This document shows, piece by piece, positions 24,361 to 35,833 of a stretch of DNA of 64,000 nt; position 1 is the stretch's first letter, and each line of letters starts with the position of its first letter. Source of the stretch: Tubulanus polymorphus (lineage: Eukaryota; Animalia; Nemertea); assembly GCF_964204645.1 (NCBI RefSeq), contig NC_134029.1, positions 15,060,950 through 15,124,949 of the forward strand, given 5' to 3'. The notes under the pieces are model-generated. The model was not told the origin of the DNA, did not search any database, and saw only the letters and a program-made list of their open reading frames with translations. The translations under genes and the position numbers were made by a program.

Positions 24361-24922
24361 TCTACGGCGAGTTTATAGAAATATAATTTAGAAAACGACA
24401 AAATTCATATACATAATAGTTTATTATAGAAGCTTAAAATATTTCACGATAAATTTTTCTTTTACAAAATAATCATTATCATTAGTTTTATTTGACAATA
24501 GTTTCGTAATATCGCGTACATCGTTACCGTGACATAGGTGCAATAGTACAAATATTGCGTAATAACAGAAATACATCGGATAATACGTTTTGATACATCT
24601 TATTATTATATTTCCAATCTATACAATTTTCATCCAAGTATTTTTCTAACATTTATCACAAGTTCCGGGTTGTTGCCCGAACGAATCAAAAATAACCGAT
24701 TCCGTATTCGTTTATATATACAGTTAGCCAATGTTCACCCGGTTCGTCGTAATTGTCAGTGTTTACTATAAAACCCAGCGGGACGCTGGTTTATATTTGG
24801 TAGTCGATCGCATGGAAAAACGCCAAAGAAAGACGCTTTTAGATATTCCTCTAGTATAACTATTAACATATCGCAAGCGAATTTATTAACGTTACAATCT
24901 CATGGATGAATCGAAAAAACTA

Positions 24923-25395
24923 TTACTTTACTTTACTTTTGCTTTATTTGACAAACTCCTGGTCTTAATACAAAGACAATTCGAGTGATACAGTATACAT
25001 AAAAATAAATACATTATATATAGGACGCACAGTAGATAGATACATAATTACACATTGATTTTCATGTGAGCTATCAATTGAAAAGTTTCAAAATTCTTCC
25101 GACAAAAATACACAGTTTACGGAGTTCGGCTACATCTTTAGTTTGCATTAATAATTTTTATCTGAAAATGTTGGGGGTTCGTATAAAATCTCCTGTTTAG
25201 ATATAACTCCCTTCTATCATTTAAATATATACAGTTGAAAAGGTAATGAAATTCGTCCCCAATTCCATTATTACACAATTTACATATTCTTTCAGCACGC
25301 TCTACATTATTCCATCGGCCAGTTTCTATTGGGAGCGTATGGTTTGCAGGACGGAATTTAGTTAAATTAATTATGAGGTTAACTGAAAGATCAGA
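24923..25395 (-). mobile_element. 3' fragment of an L2/Crack/Daphne-type LINE inside the mini-Polinton
   Basis: KFRPANHTLPIETGRW...RICKLC..IGDEFHYLFNC; AATAAA plus (AAAGT)n tail at ~24923-24948. Confidence 0.8.
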
Positions 25396-26188
25396 GACTA
25401 GATGGTTACGGGGCTTCACTCAATGCCACGCGCTTGGACATGTTCTAATGTTATGTATTGTATACAAAGTGTTGACAAGCTCAATTTATACAGCATTGTA
25501 GCCCTCCGGCATTTTCAAAGTTTTAGATGATTTATCAATAGAAATACTCTCATAATGCGCATCCTAGTGCGTTAGTGTTTAAGTGATTTTAGTGTTTTAG
25601 TGTCGAATATGTAAAACCGCAGTTTATTAGATTTCGAGTTGTAAGCATTTCCCGATAACTTACATTAATTATAATGCAGAATTCTTTATTTCCAGTTAAC
25701 GAGGTTTAACAATTTTTCAGTTTAAAAAAAATATGGTTTGGACTTTTTTAATAGGAAAATACTAACAGGTTTGATGAAAAAATAGAAAATGGGATTTCCG
25801 GTTTTATCATTTTTCAGTATATGGCGTTTTAGTAGGATGATGATTTTAAATTTTCAATAAACGCGGTATAACAATTTTTAGGTTTTTGAAAAATATGGTT
25901 CCAAAGTTTTGTATACACAAGAGATTTTAAACAACGAAACTACACACACATGTAACTAAATCACTTTAGTCTTTCCAAATATAGAGAAATAACAGACAAA
26001 AATATGTATATGTATATACTTTATCTTTTTTTCGCATCGCTTTTTCTTTGTTACAAAATTCCCAATTTTTAAATTTTAAATTTCAAATTTTAAATTTTAA
26101 CGGTGAATAAAATGTTTTTTTTATTGTTTTACATTGTTTTTTTAATTTTTGGTTTTCTTTGTCTCGAATTTGCCCGTACTCAGGGAAA

Positions 26189-26605
26189 AGCGCCATCTAG
26201 GATTTGACTTCACTTCCCCCTGACCTCCACGTACACTTATGATCTCGTAATAGCGCCATCTAGGATTCAACTTTTCCCATAAACACGCATAGGAATGCGT
26301 AAGCGCCATCTAGGATTCAATCATACCAATTAATAAATTTGGATTGAACACCGCCAATAAATTTGATTTGGATTTAACACCGCCAATAAATTGATTTGGA
26401 TTTGTTGTCAATAATTTGATTTGGATTTAACGGAAAAATTTTGAATTTTCCCGCCAAAAATTTGAAATTTGAATTTTAACCGCCACTTCCGGCCGCCATC
26501 TTGGATGACGTCACTTCCGGTCGCCATCTTGGATTACGTCACTTCCGGCCGCCATCTTGGATGACGTCACTTCCGGTATGACGTCACTTCCGGTATGACG
26601 TCATC
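26189..26605. promoter_or_regulatory. Subterminal transcription-factor-motif repeats of the mini-Polinton
   Basis: AGCGCCATCTAG x3 (26189, 26252, 26302); ~28-bp units CACTTCCGGCCGCCATCTTGGATGACGT x3 (ETS, YY1 and CRE consensus sites). Confidence 0.6.
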
Positions 26606-26808
26606 CCTCCTCCCTCCTCCCTCCTCACTCCTCACTCCTCCCTCCTCCCTCCACTGTGGCCCCATAGTGACATACCCTAACTACTAGCATCTTGGCCGAA
26701 TGCGTATATCATGGAAATAGTATGAAAAACAACCGCAAGATTCCGATGAATTATTAAACAAAGGGTTTTTTGCAACATAACATCCTTTGAGAGAAAAAAA
26801 AATAAATA

Positions 26809-26915
<107 letters not shown>

Positions 26916-26936
26916 TTAAAGTATGTATCTATAGAA

Positions 26937-27335
26937 TACATGCCACCCCCGAAAAGAATAGGGGTAGGTTGCGGCGAGGGCCACAAAACACATGTAAAGA
27001 TAAATTACATGCCACCTCCTGAGAACAGGGGTACGTGGAGGTAAAAAACCCGAAAACACATGCATAGAAAAATTACATGCCACCCCCTGTGAACAGGGGG
27101 TACGCGATGTAAAAACCCCAAAACATGTAAAGGTAAAGTACATGCCACCCCCTGAAAACAGGAGGTACGTTGAGGTAAGAACCCAAAAACACATGTATAG
27201 GTACAGTACATGCCACCCCCTGAGAGCAGGGAGTACGTTGAGGTAAAAACCCCAAAACACATGTATAGGTAAGGTACTTGCCACCCCTGAGAACAGGGAG
27301 TACGTTGAAGTAATAACCCCAAAACACATGTAACT
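26937..27335. repeat. ~68-bp minisatellite x6 within the Ngaro 5' region
   Basis: TAC(A/T)TGCCACC at 26937, 27006, 27074, 27139, 27207 and 27275. Confidence 0.92.
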
Positions 27336-27449
27336 AAAAATTGCATAAATGCATGTCAGATATGTAAAAAGAAAAATTCATAATCAAATTGAAACACATA
27401 TAACTTATTGATGACAAATAGACGATGTATCTTGCTTCAAACCAAGCTA

Positions 27450-28025
27450 TTAGAAGTATTTCTTTGTGGCGTGGCCAATAGCTGCCTTCACACTAAACTC
27501 ATATTTTTTCATGCCTTTTGCATTTAAATGTACACCATCTCTCAGAAGAAATGGACGGATATCAGCCCAAAAACCTCTGTGTTGCCAAAAAGTTATATTT
27601 AAGGATTCACACACTAAACGTTTCACGGTTTCGTTAAATACTATTAGCTTGGTATTGAAATTTGTCGGAGGGGACAGACGCCTGAGCGACTGACCAATTA
27701 ATAATTGTGTCACGCTGTACGTGCTGCCCAGAAAATTGCTCAATGCAACCAAAGAAAAGGCCAAGCTTTTTGGATCTAAACGGGCTAAATCGTTTCCGCC
27801 TAAGTGGAGGAATACTACGTCAGATTTTGAACCAAAACTCGGCAGGCACCGTTGGATAGATTTTACACCCGGTAAAACTGTAGCGCCTCCAAAACCTATA
27901 AAATGCAATTTTACCACGTCTGGGTCTAGGCCTAGATTTGAAAAGCGCTCCTGCTCGAAAGTCCTGAGACGATGCACAAAGGAGTGACCCATAATTAGCA
28001 CGTCAATCGGCATAATCGACTTCAA
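27450..28025 (-). CDS. SGNH/GDSL hydrolase of the Ngaro element, 191 aa, intact
   Basis: Block I VLIMGHSFV, block II GFGGAT, block III HLGGNDL, block V RDGVHLN. Confidence 0.92.
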   Translation of the reverse strand: MKSIMPIDVLIMGHSFVHRLRTFEQERFSNLGLDPDVVKLHFIGFGGATVLPGVKSIQRCLPSFGSKSDVVFLHLGGNDLARLDPKSLAFSLVALSNFLGSTYSVTQLLIGQSLRRLSPPTNFNTKLIVFNETVKRLVCESLNITFWQHRGFWADIRPFLLRDGVHLNAKGMKKYEFSVKAAIGHATKKYF

Positions 28026-28229
28026 ATTTAAGCACTAACCTTGAATGATTGAAATATAAGTGAACGAAATGAATTCAGTAAAACGCAGTCAGCGAAAATA
28101 TTGAATTGAAGTCAGTGAAAATAACGAAGTATCCTACTCGAGGAGTTACTGACGACTGATAAGTAACACGTGACTCCGCATGATCTCACAAAACATTTTA
28201 TTCTCTACAAAAATAAAACTCATTTATGA

Positions 28230-31150
28230 CATTACATGTTAATAACACAAAATATAATAAATTAACTAAATCAAAACCAATTGATGAAAATAATTTTTCA
28301 TATTATAAAGAACCAGATAATGAAGCGTCGAGTTATATAAAACTACCATTTAAAACTAATGCTGTTATAAATGTACAAAATGAAGATGATAAATGTTTTC
28401 TATGGACAATTATAAGTTGCTTACACCCAACAGAAGATATGACACATAGTTTTAGATTAACCAATTATAAACAATTTCAAAATAATAGATAGACAGTTAT
28501 CCTGTTAGAATTAAAAGTATTCCAAAAATAGAAAGAGATAATAATCTAAAAATAAATGTATTCGATTGAATCAAATTACCAAATACAAAAGGCAATCATA
28601 TTAAACATAATACATTAGAACCTTTGTATTTATCAAAAGATTATGATTCAAATGGTGTTATAGATATATTATATTATGAAACGCATTATATGTAGATAAA
28701 ACAAATCGATTTATTTTTTCGAACAGAAAATGATCACCATAAAATATATCTATGTAGAAAATGTATAACTAAATTCAGTAATGAAAGTGCATTATTAAAT
28801 CATAAACAATTATGTGATAATCATGATTATTGTAAAATGATTTTACCAAATGAAAAGGATAAAATATTAGAATTAAAAAAATATGATTACAAAAATAAAG
28901 TACCATTTGTAATATATGGAGATTTTGAATCATTAAATAAAGAATTAACTGATCAAGATAGAAAAGAAATATATCATAAAAGTGCTGCAGCTTTTGGATT
29001 ATATATAAAATCTGTTTATCCAGAACTAATCAAAAGTGAATATTATCATTATAGAAATGAAAATGTTATCAATCATTTTTGTGACTTTTTAATCGAGTAT
29101 GAAATAAAATTTAATGAAAAGTTAAATGAAAATAAAGAAATCATAATGACAGAAGAAGATAAAGAGGAATTTGATTTAGCAGATAAATGTTATTATTCTA
29201 TTCATCTGATAAAAAAGTAAGAGAGACCATGATCATTTGAATGATAAATTTAAAGGTGCAGCACATGAGAATTGTAATTTGCAAGCAAAGAAAATTAACT
29301 TTGTTCCAGTTATATTTCATAATCTATCAGGGTATGATGCACATTTATTTATCAAGCAACTATGTCATAAAATAGGAGAAATCAATAATGAAATAGAAAG
29401 GTTAAATTCAAATATATCAAAAGATAAAATACCAACTTATAAATTTAAAATGTTAGCTAGAACATCCGAGAATTATATATCTTTCCAATTTGGGTTTCTA
29501 AGATTTATAGATTCATATAGATTTTTATGGACTTCATTAGATAATTTATCAAAATCATTAGTTGATGATGAATTAAAAATATTAAAACAACACTATCATA
29601 ATGATTTTCAATTAATGAGATATAAAGGCGCGATTCCATATTCATTTTATAAAAATCATAATGATTTTAACATAACTGAATTATTAAAAGAACAATTCTA
29701 TGATGAATTAAAAAATGAATATGTTAAAGATGAAGTTTATAATGGAACATTGAATATTTGGAATCATTTTGGAATGAAAAATCATGGACAATTAGTAGAT
29801 TTATATTAAAAATCAGATGTATTATTATTAACTGATATATTTGAAAGGTTTAGAGATGTAAATCTAAAATATTTTAATATTGATCCATGTCATTGTTATT
29901 CTAGTCCAGGTTTAACTTGGGACTGTGGATTGATATTTACAGATATAAAAATGGATTTATTGACAAATATAGACCAATTATTATTATTTGAAAAATCCAT
30001 AAGAGGAGGAGTTTCAGGCGTATTAGTTGATAGATATTTCAATGTAAATGATAACCCTGGATATAAGTTATTATATATAGATGCAAATAATTTATATGGA
30101 TGGGCTATGATGGAGCCTCAACCTTATGGAGTATTTGAAATAACTTTAGTTTTACAGTATGAAAATAATGATAAATTTGATTGGAAGAAAATAATTCTAG
30201 ATATTTCAGAATATTCAGATACTGGTTACTTTTTCGTTGTAGACTTGGAATATCCTGAACATATCAGATTTAAATTGTCCCGAACATAAAACTGTAACAC
30301 ATGAAGAATTATCAAATTATCAAAAAAGAATGAATTAAACCTGAAAATCGTATTCATACAGAAAAGTTAATGGTAACTCAGGAAGATAAATATAATTATG
30401 TGGTACATAATTTATAGAATTTTAAAATTCTATTTGAATCAAGGAATGATTCCAAAAAAAGTACATAGATATATTTCATTCAGTCAATCTAAATAGTTAG
30501 AAAAATATATAGACTTTAACACCAAACAGAGAACTAAAGCTAAAACTGATTTCGAGAAAGATTTCTTCAAGTTAATGAATAATGCATTCTATGGAAAAAC
30601 TTGTGAGAAAATTAGAAATAGAAATGATATTGAGCTAGTTAGTAATGGTAAAAGAATTAGACATTTACAAACATATCCTAAGTTCATAGGTTACAGAATA
30701 TTTGATGAAAATTTAGCTGCATTTAAAATGGGGAGAACTTCTATGAAATTTAATAAACTAATTTATGCTGGTGCTTCAGTTTTAGAAATATCAAGATTAC
30801 TAATGTATGAATTTTACTATAACGTTTTACAACCTCATTTTGGAGAAAACGATGTAGAAATCTTATATTTTGATACTGACAGTTACATATTAAAAATAAA
30901 AACTTATAATATAACAGATGATTTAAAAACATTAAAACATCATCTTGATTTTAGTAATTACCCAAAAGATCATGAATTGTTTAACAATGAAAATAAAAAA
31001 GGTGCCCGGTAAATTCAAAGATGAATTAGGAGGTGAAGAAATGATTGAATTTATAGGTAATAGATCTAAAATGTATTCATATAAAACTAAAACTCATGAA
31101 GGTAAAAAGTTATTACAAAAAGCGTTGTTGAAAAGAATATTCATTGTATA
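28230..31150 (+). pseudogene. Protein-primed DNA polymerase B with endonuclease VII domain (Polinton copy 1)
   Basis: INVQNEDDKCFLW, PFVIYGDFES, RDHDHL..FKGAAHENCNL, FHNLSGYDAH, FIDSYRF, YIDANNLYGWAM, KLMNNAFYGKT, YFDTDS, GKFKDE; multiple frameshifts and stops. Confidence 0.95.
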
Positions 31151-31195
31151 GATTCATGTATAATATTCATGTATAATATTCATGTATATTTATGT

Positions 31196-31420
31196 TTTCT
31201 TAAAATCATGGATTGTATATCAATTCGATGTCAAATAGATCATGTGTTACCAATATCTAAATTCAACATGAATGATGAACACAATCAGAAGTTAATATGG
31301 AATTGGAAGAACCTTAGGCCTTTAGAAAGAGTAGAAAATATTAGGAAAGGAAACAAACTAGATTTACAGTTGTATTTAGATCAGCTGTGTAAAGCAAAGA
31401 TATTTGTTGAATTATGGAAT
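31196..31420 (+). pseudogene. HNH endonuclease C-terminal remnant (N-terminus deleted together with the pPolB end)
   Basis: QIDHVLPISKF...WNWKNLRPLERVENIRKGNK; fuller copy at 55695-56305. Confidence 0.75.
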
Positions 31421-32330
31421 TCAACACAGAATGACAAATACGTTGAATCTTAAGCGCTTATAATCAGAACCCGATAACACTTGGCCTATATAACTGCCTG
31501 TATATAACTACTAACTCTGGGTTGTTTACCAAAACATCTGTCGCGCGCTTACATTTCAATTGTAAATGATTAATTAATTTCATTATAAAAGAACACATTG
31601 CGACATAGTGGACCGCAGACACATTACATCACACTGGAACTCGGCACCCGAACCGAACAGACGGCATATACATGAGCATAGGATTTCTCCCTAGAAACAC
31701 AATTAGGAGTTTAGAGTTCTAAATGTAAGTACCGTTTTTGTTGTTATTAAGACGTCAGGAAACGTTAAACATGTTCAAGTGTTGTAATTCATATTTGGCA
31801 ACTACAACTTCAAGTTATTTTTTATTCTACGCTAGATATTTATCTTTTAGATAACAAAATGCTATGCGTAACAAGAATACAATTACCATTTGAATAAGGA
31901 AAGTGAAGATGGAAGGATGTGGAATCAGAAATTATGGATATTTCATTTCATGAGACTGTAACAGTTTTATCATACCGTATAGACTTTCAATGCATTACGT
32001 TTGCCGGAATTATAGTTGCGTGTACATTAGTCATTCAGTCGTTGTTAATGGTTACAGTAACAGCTGTGCATTCCACGCATACCTTACCGCTCCTCTCAGG
32101 AGCGGCTTGGAATGTTAAAATCGATACTGACTGTAGGATAAAATACATGTGTTTATGAAAAAGTAATTCACCCAGCGTTTTCGTTAAACTGATTTTCAGT
32201 TTGAGGAGTTATTATCGAGGATCCGAAATGACTTATCTGGACAGTTATAGTTACCGCTCCTAAAGATAAACAAAAGTAGTGAGATATTGAATCCTAATTT
32301 TAAAAAAAATTCTATTTCTATTTCTATTTT

Positions 32331-32528
32331 ATTTTTAATATTTTCTTATGCAATTCTAATTAAAACTAGATTAAATAGATTTTGATAAGAATTGAATTAA
32401 AATTACATAACTTCAAATAGATATTAAATTCTATCATATTTTTAATATTTTCTTATGCAATTCTAATTAACACTAGATTAAATAGATTTCGATAAGAATT
32501 GAATAAAAAAACAATAACTTCAAATAGC
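32331..32528. repeat. ~106-bp tandem duplication in a Polinton intergenic region
   Basis: ATTTTTAATATTTTCTTATGCAATTCTAATTAA...AACTTCAAATAG at 32331 and 32437. Confidence 0.85.
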
Positions 32529-32648
32529 TAGTATTCTTTTTCAATACTACAATTCTTTAACTTAACTAGCTAGTATTAACCCAAAGAGTTACTAGTATCA
32601 TTTTACAATAATTATAAAAATCTTTTTTCGCATTTTTTGTTAGTATAA

Positions 32649-33557
32649 ATGTCACAGAAATCTAATAAGAATAATATTGATATTGAAAAAACATTAGATG
32701 ATTTGGGCATTACTGATAATAAGGATATTCCAACCAAAATTGAAAATAATAATGATAATGCAGCAACTAATTGTATTCAAAATGATAATATTGATTATGA
32801 ATACTATTTATATCGTAAGCACCATCTTGAGTTAACAATTGCTGGTGGAAAATCTAAAGAATTCCTATGAAACCAGAAAAAGTAATCAAACATTTCAAAA
32901 TATATGAGAAGCTAGATAAGCTAGAATAAATGATTCTATCAGTGATGGTATTATAAAATGTTACTCTAAATCATGTAACCGGATAATACCAATTGATGAT
33001 GAAAATAAATTATATACTGATTTTAAAAAATGACTACTTAGTTATGAAAGAATTACAAAAATGGGTTGGATACGCTTCGTTTCAATTAGGAGGAATAATG
33101 ACATTAATTTCTACTGGAGTTATAACATTTTCTAATATCGGAGCTATAGATTATAAAGATAAAAATAAATCAGATAATATTGAATCAGAACAAAAATTAA
33201 GTAAAATAAATGAGTGATGATATTAAGAAAAAGCCTAGATCTGAAAAACAAGTACAGTGGGCAAAGGAGTTGGCAAAAGAACTGCAGAATTATAAGAAGC
33301 TAAGAAAGATAAATTAACTGTTATAAATGAATCACCTGTTATTAATTCGAATAACAATTTATCTAATGCTTCTAATACTGGATGTAATAATAAATGATAT
33401 ATTACAATTGGATTAGTAACAGTAATTATATTTTCTGGCGTAATATACAAATATAAATTCAAATCTAATAATGATGATAATGATAATGATGATAGTAGTG
33501 ATGATTATAAACCTATTATACACGAAACTAAAACTAAATTATTATTGACGGATTAAA
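32649..33557 (+). pseudogene. Two decayed Polinton hypothetical genes with C-terminal hydrophobic segments
   Basis: 32649-33217 (..GGKSKEFL..PIDDE..KNDYLVMKEL..ISTGVITF) and ~33209-33557 (MSDDIKKKPRSEKQVQWAKEL...TM); AAATG starts typical of this element. Confidence 0.6.
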
Positions 33558-33562
33558 ATAAG

Positions 33563-34635
33563 ATGAAAAAAGAACAATATTTAAGAGATTTATATTTTAA
33601 CCCAGAGAGTGAAGTATCATATTCTAGTGTTTCAGAATTATGGGATAAAATGAAATCTGATAAAGAAAATGTAAAATATAGTGAATTAAGATTATGGTTA
33701 CAAAATCAACCCACATATCAAATCCATAAGAAAATGGATACAAATTATTTAACAAGAAAATTTATGGTTTCATATAATGATCAACAAGCAGATTTGATAG
33801 ATATGAAGAACTTAGAAGAACACAATAAAGGATATTTCTGGATATTAAATGTTATAGATATATTCAGTAGATACACATGGAGTATACCAATCAAAAATAA
33901 AACTGGTATAGAAGTTACTAATGCATTTAGAATTATATCTTAAGAAGCTATTCCAGGTAAGATACAATTTGAAGAAGGTAAGGAATTTTATAATAAACAT
34001 TTAAAAAAATTATTATCTGATAACGATGTAGATTATTTTTCAACACACTAAGATAAAAAAGCATCTATTATAGGAAGATTTAATAAAACATTGACAACTA
34101 GAATGTGCAAATATTTTACTGCAAACGAAACATATAAATATATCGATGTATTAGATGATTTAGTGAAAGGTTGTTATAATTCTAAACATTCAAGTATTGG
34201 TATGAAACCTATATAAGCTAGAAAAATAGAAAATTCAGAAATAGTTTGGAATAATTTATATGGTGCGTTTGTTACACATGATTTTGGACAACCTAAATTT
34301 AAAATTGGACAACACGTTAGAATATCTAAATAAAGAAAAACATTTTATAAAGGTTATACCCCAAATTTTACTGAATAAATATTTAAAATTAAAAAGACGA
34401 TATTAACTAAACCATTTGTTTATAAATTAGGAGATTTAAAAGATGAAGAAATATTAGGTTATTTTTATGAACAAGAATTGTTACTTTTACCGAATCCAGA
34501 TGAAATAGAATACAAAATAGTAAAAGTATTGAAAACAAAAACTCTTAAGAGGAAATAAATATTCTTTGGTGAAATATAAAGGTTACGATGAAAAATTTAA
34601 TGAATGGATTTTATCTAGTAAAATTAAAAGAATAA
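33563..34635 (+). pseudogene. Polinton retroviral-like integrase with C-terminal chromodomain
   Basis: LYFNP...QADLIDM...LNVIDIFSRYTWSIPIKNKTG, EGKEFYN, KFKIGQHVRISK..FYKGYTPNF, VKYKGYDEKFNEWI. Confidence 0.93.
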
Positions 34636-34700
34636 ATGAATAAAGATTTATTTATATTTGAACCACATAATATGTTAATTACTGGAGTAACAAATTGTAA
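34636..34700 (+). pseudogene. Packaging ATPase N-terminus, truncated inside Walker A
   Basis: MNKDLFIFEPHNMLITGVTNC then break (expected GxTxCGKT). Confidence 0.6.
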
Positions 34701-34723
34701 AATCTTTTATTAAAATTAAAATT

Positions 34724-35817
34724 TTAATACATAACAATGTGTAATTGAGAATTTATAATATTTAATTGCGCGTCAGATATAAGATAAATGTGCATTTTGT
34801 AATTTAAACCTCCTTTTTTTCTTTTTCATGAATAATTGTATCCTATCTTCTGTGTTCTGTAGTTTTTTTACCAGAACCGTGTAATAAGTTATCTTCAGTT
34901 GTTCTAAGATCTAATCATAATGAATATTTATTACCAGCATAATAATCTATTTGATTAATATTACAATTTTCAGATGATTTTACTTTTTCATTCATAAAAT
35001 GTTTTTTTAATTTCTGGCCATTGATCTCTCATTCTCATTCCCTGACAAAATATCTTATTTGCCATGCCTTCACTTGTTATTTCTACTTTTGATATTTCAG
35101 GGTTATAATAATTATTAACATTTATTGCGCCATTAGAATATGTTGCAATTGTAAATAATATTAAAACGCCTTTAATATCTTCTTGGGAAGTTAATATTCT
35201 CATTGATTATTTCATCATTTGCATTAATAGTTACAATTTTAAATTTTTTGATATAATCATATAATAATGAAAATCCTTGATGATATTGAGTTTGAATTAT
35301 GCTAGCGATATTTTCATCAGTTACTGTGTCATATTCTAAACATATATTCGATAATTTATAGCCCATATCTTTACTACACTTGATAATACAATTTCATTAA
35401 CAGGAGCAAATGTTATTTCAAATATAGTAACGAGTTACTATTGCGTCATTAGCCCCTGATCTTAATTTATTTAGGTTTTCTGATTGGATGCCTTGAAATA
35501 TCATATCATTTCTATTTGCTTTTGTTAACCATAAATCTTTATAATACATAAATAAATTATAATCTAATGAAAAAACTATTTCTGTTCCAATCTTTACAAT
35601 TAATTTTTTAATCAAATACCAGTTACATTTATATCAGTTGATAAATAAATACTATTTGGAACATAAAAAGTATTTTGATTTAATCTCGGGATTCTAAAAT
35701 ATAAAGTTTCATCAGGATTAATATAAGAAGGATTATGAGTTGTTATATGATGAGATCTTTCTGCTTTAATAACATTATTCTAGAATTTTTAGAAGGATTT
35801 ATGTAACTCCCACTCAT
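34724..35817 (-). pseudogene. Major capsid protein (double jelly-roll, adintovirus hexon-like), decayed
   Basis: KAERSHHITTHNPSYINPDETLYFRIPRL, YKDLWLT..FQGIQSENL.KLRSGA, YKLSNICLEYDTV, NENINFPRR..KGVLILF, YNPEISKVEITSEG, DAQLNI. Confidence 0.85.
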
Positions 35818-35833
35818 TTCTTTAAGAGAAAAA

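Larger units (their letters stand above)
20763..26685. mobile_element. 5.9-kb non-autonomous mini-Polinton
   Basis: TIRs AGTAGTTAGGGTATGTCACTATGGGGCCACAGTGGAGGGAGG... (20763-20857 / ~26571-26685); perfect 6-bp TSD AGCATC (20757-20762, 26686-26691). Confidence 0.88.

Noticed and set aside
25397-26170. Helitron-like insert inside the mini-Polinton (minus-strand hairpin + CTAGT near 25397-25430)
   Set aside because: Only one weak terminus is visible and the other boundary cannot be defined.
26937-27346. CRISPR-like array or repeat-protein ORFs (26916-27346)
   Set aside because: Units are similar along their whole length with no unique spacers and no cas genes; the ORFs are by-products of a minisatellite.
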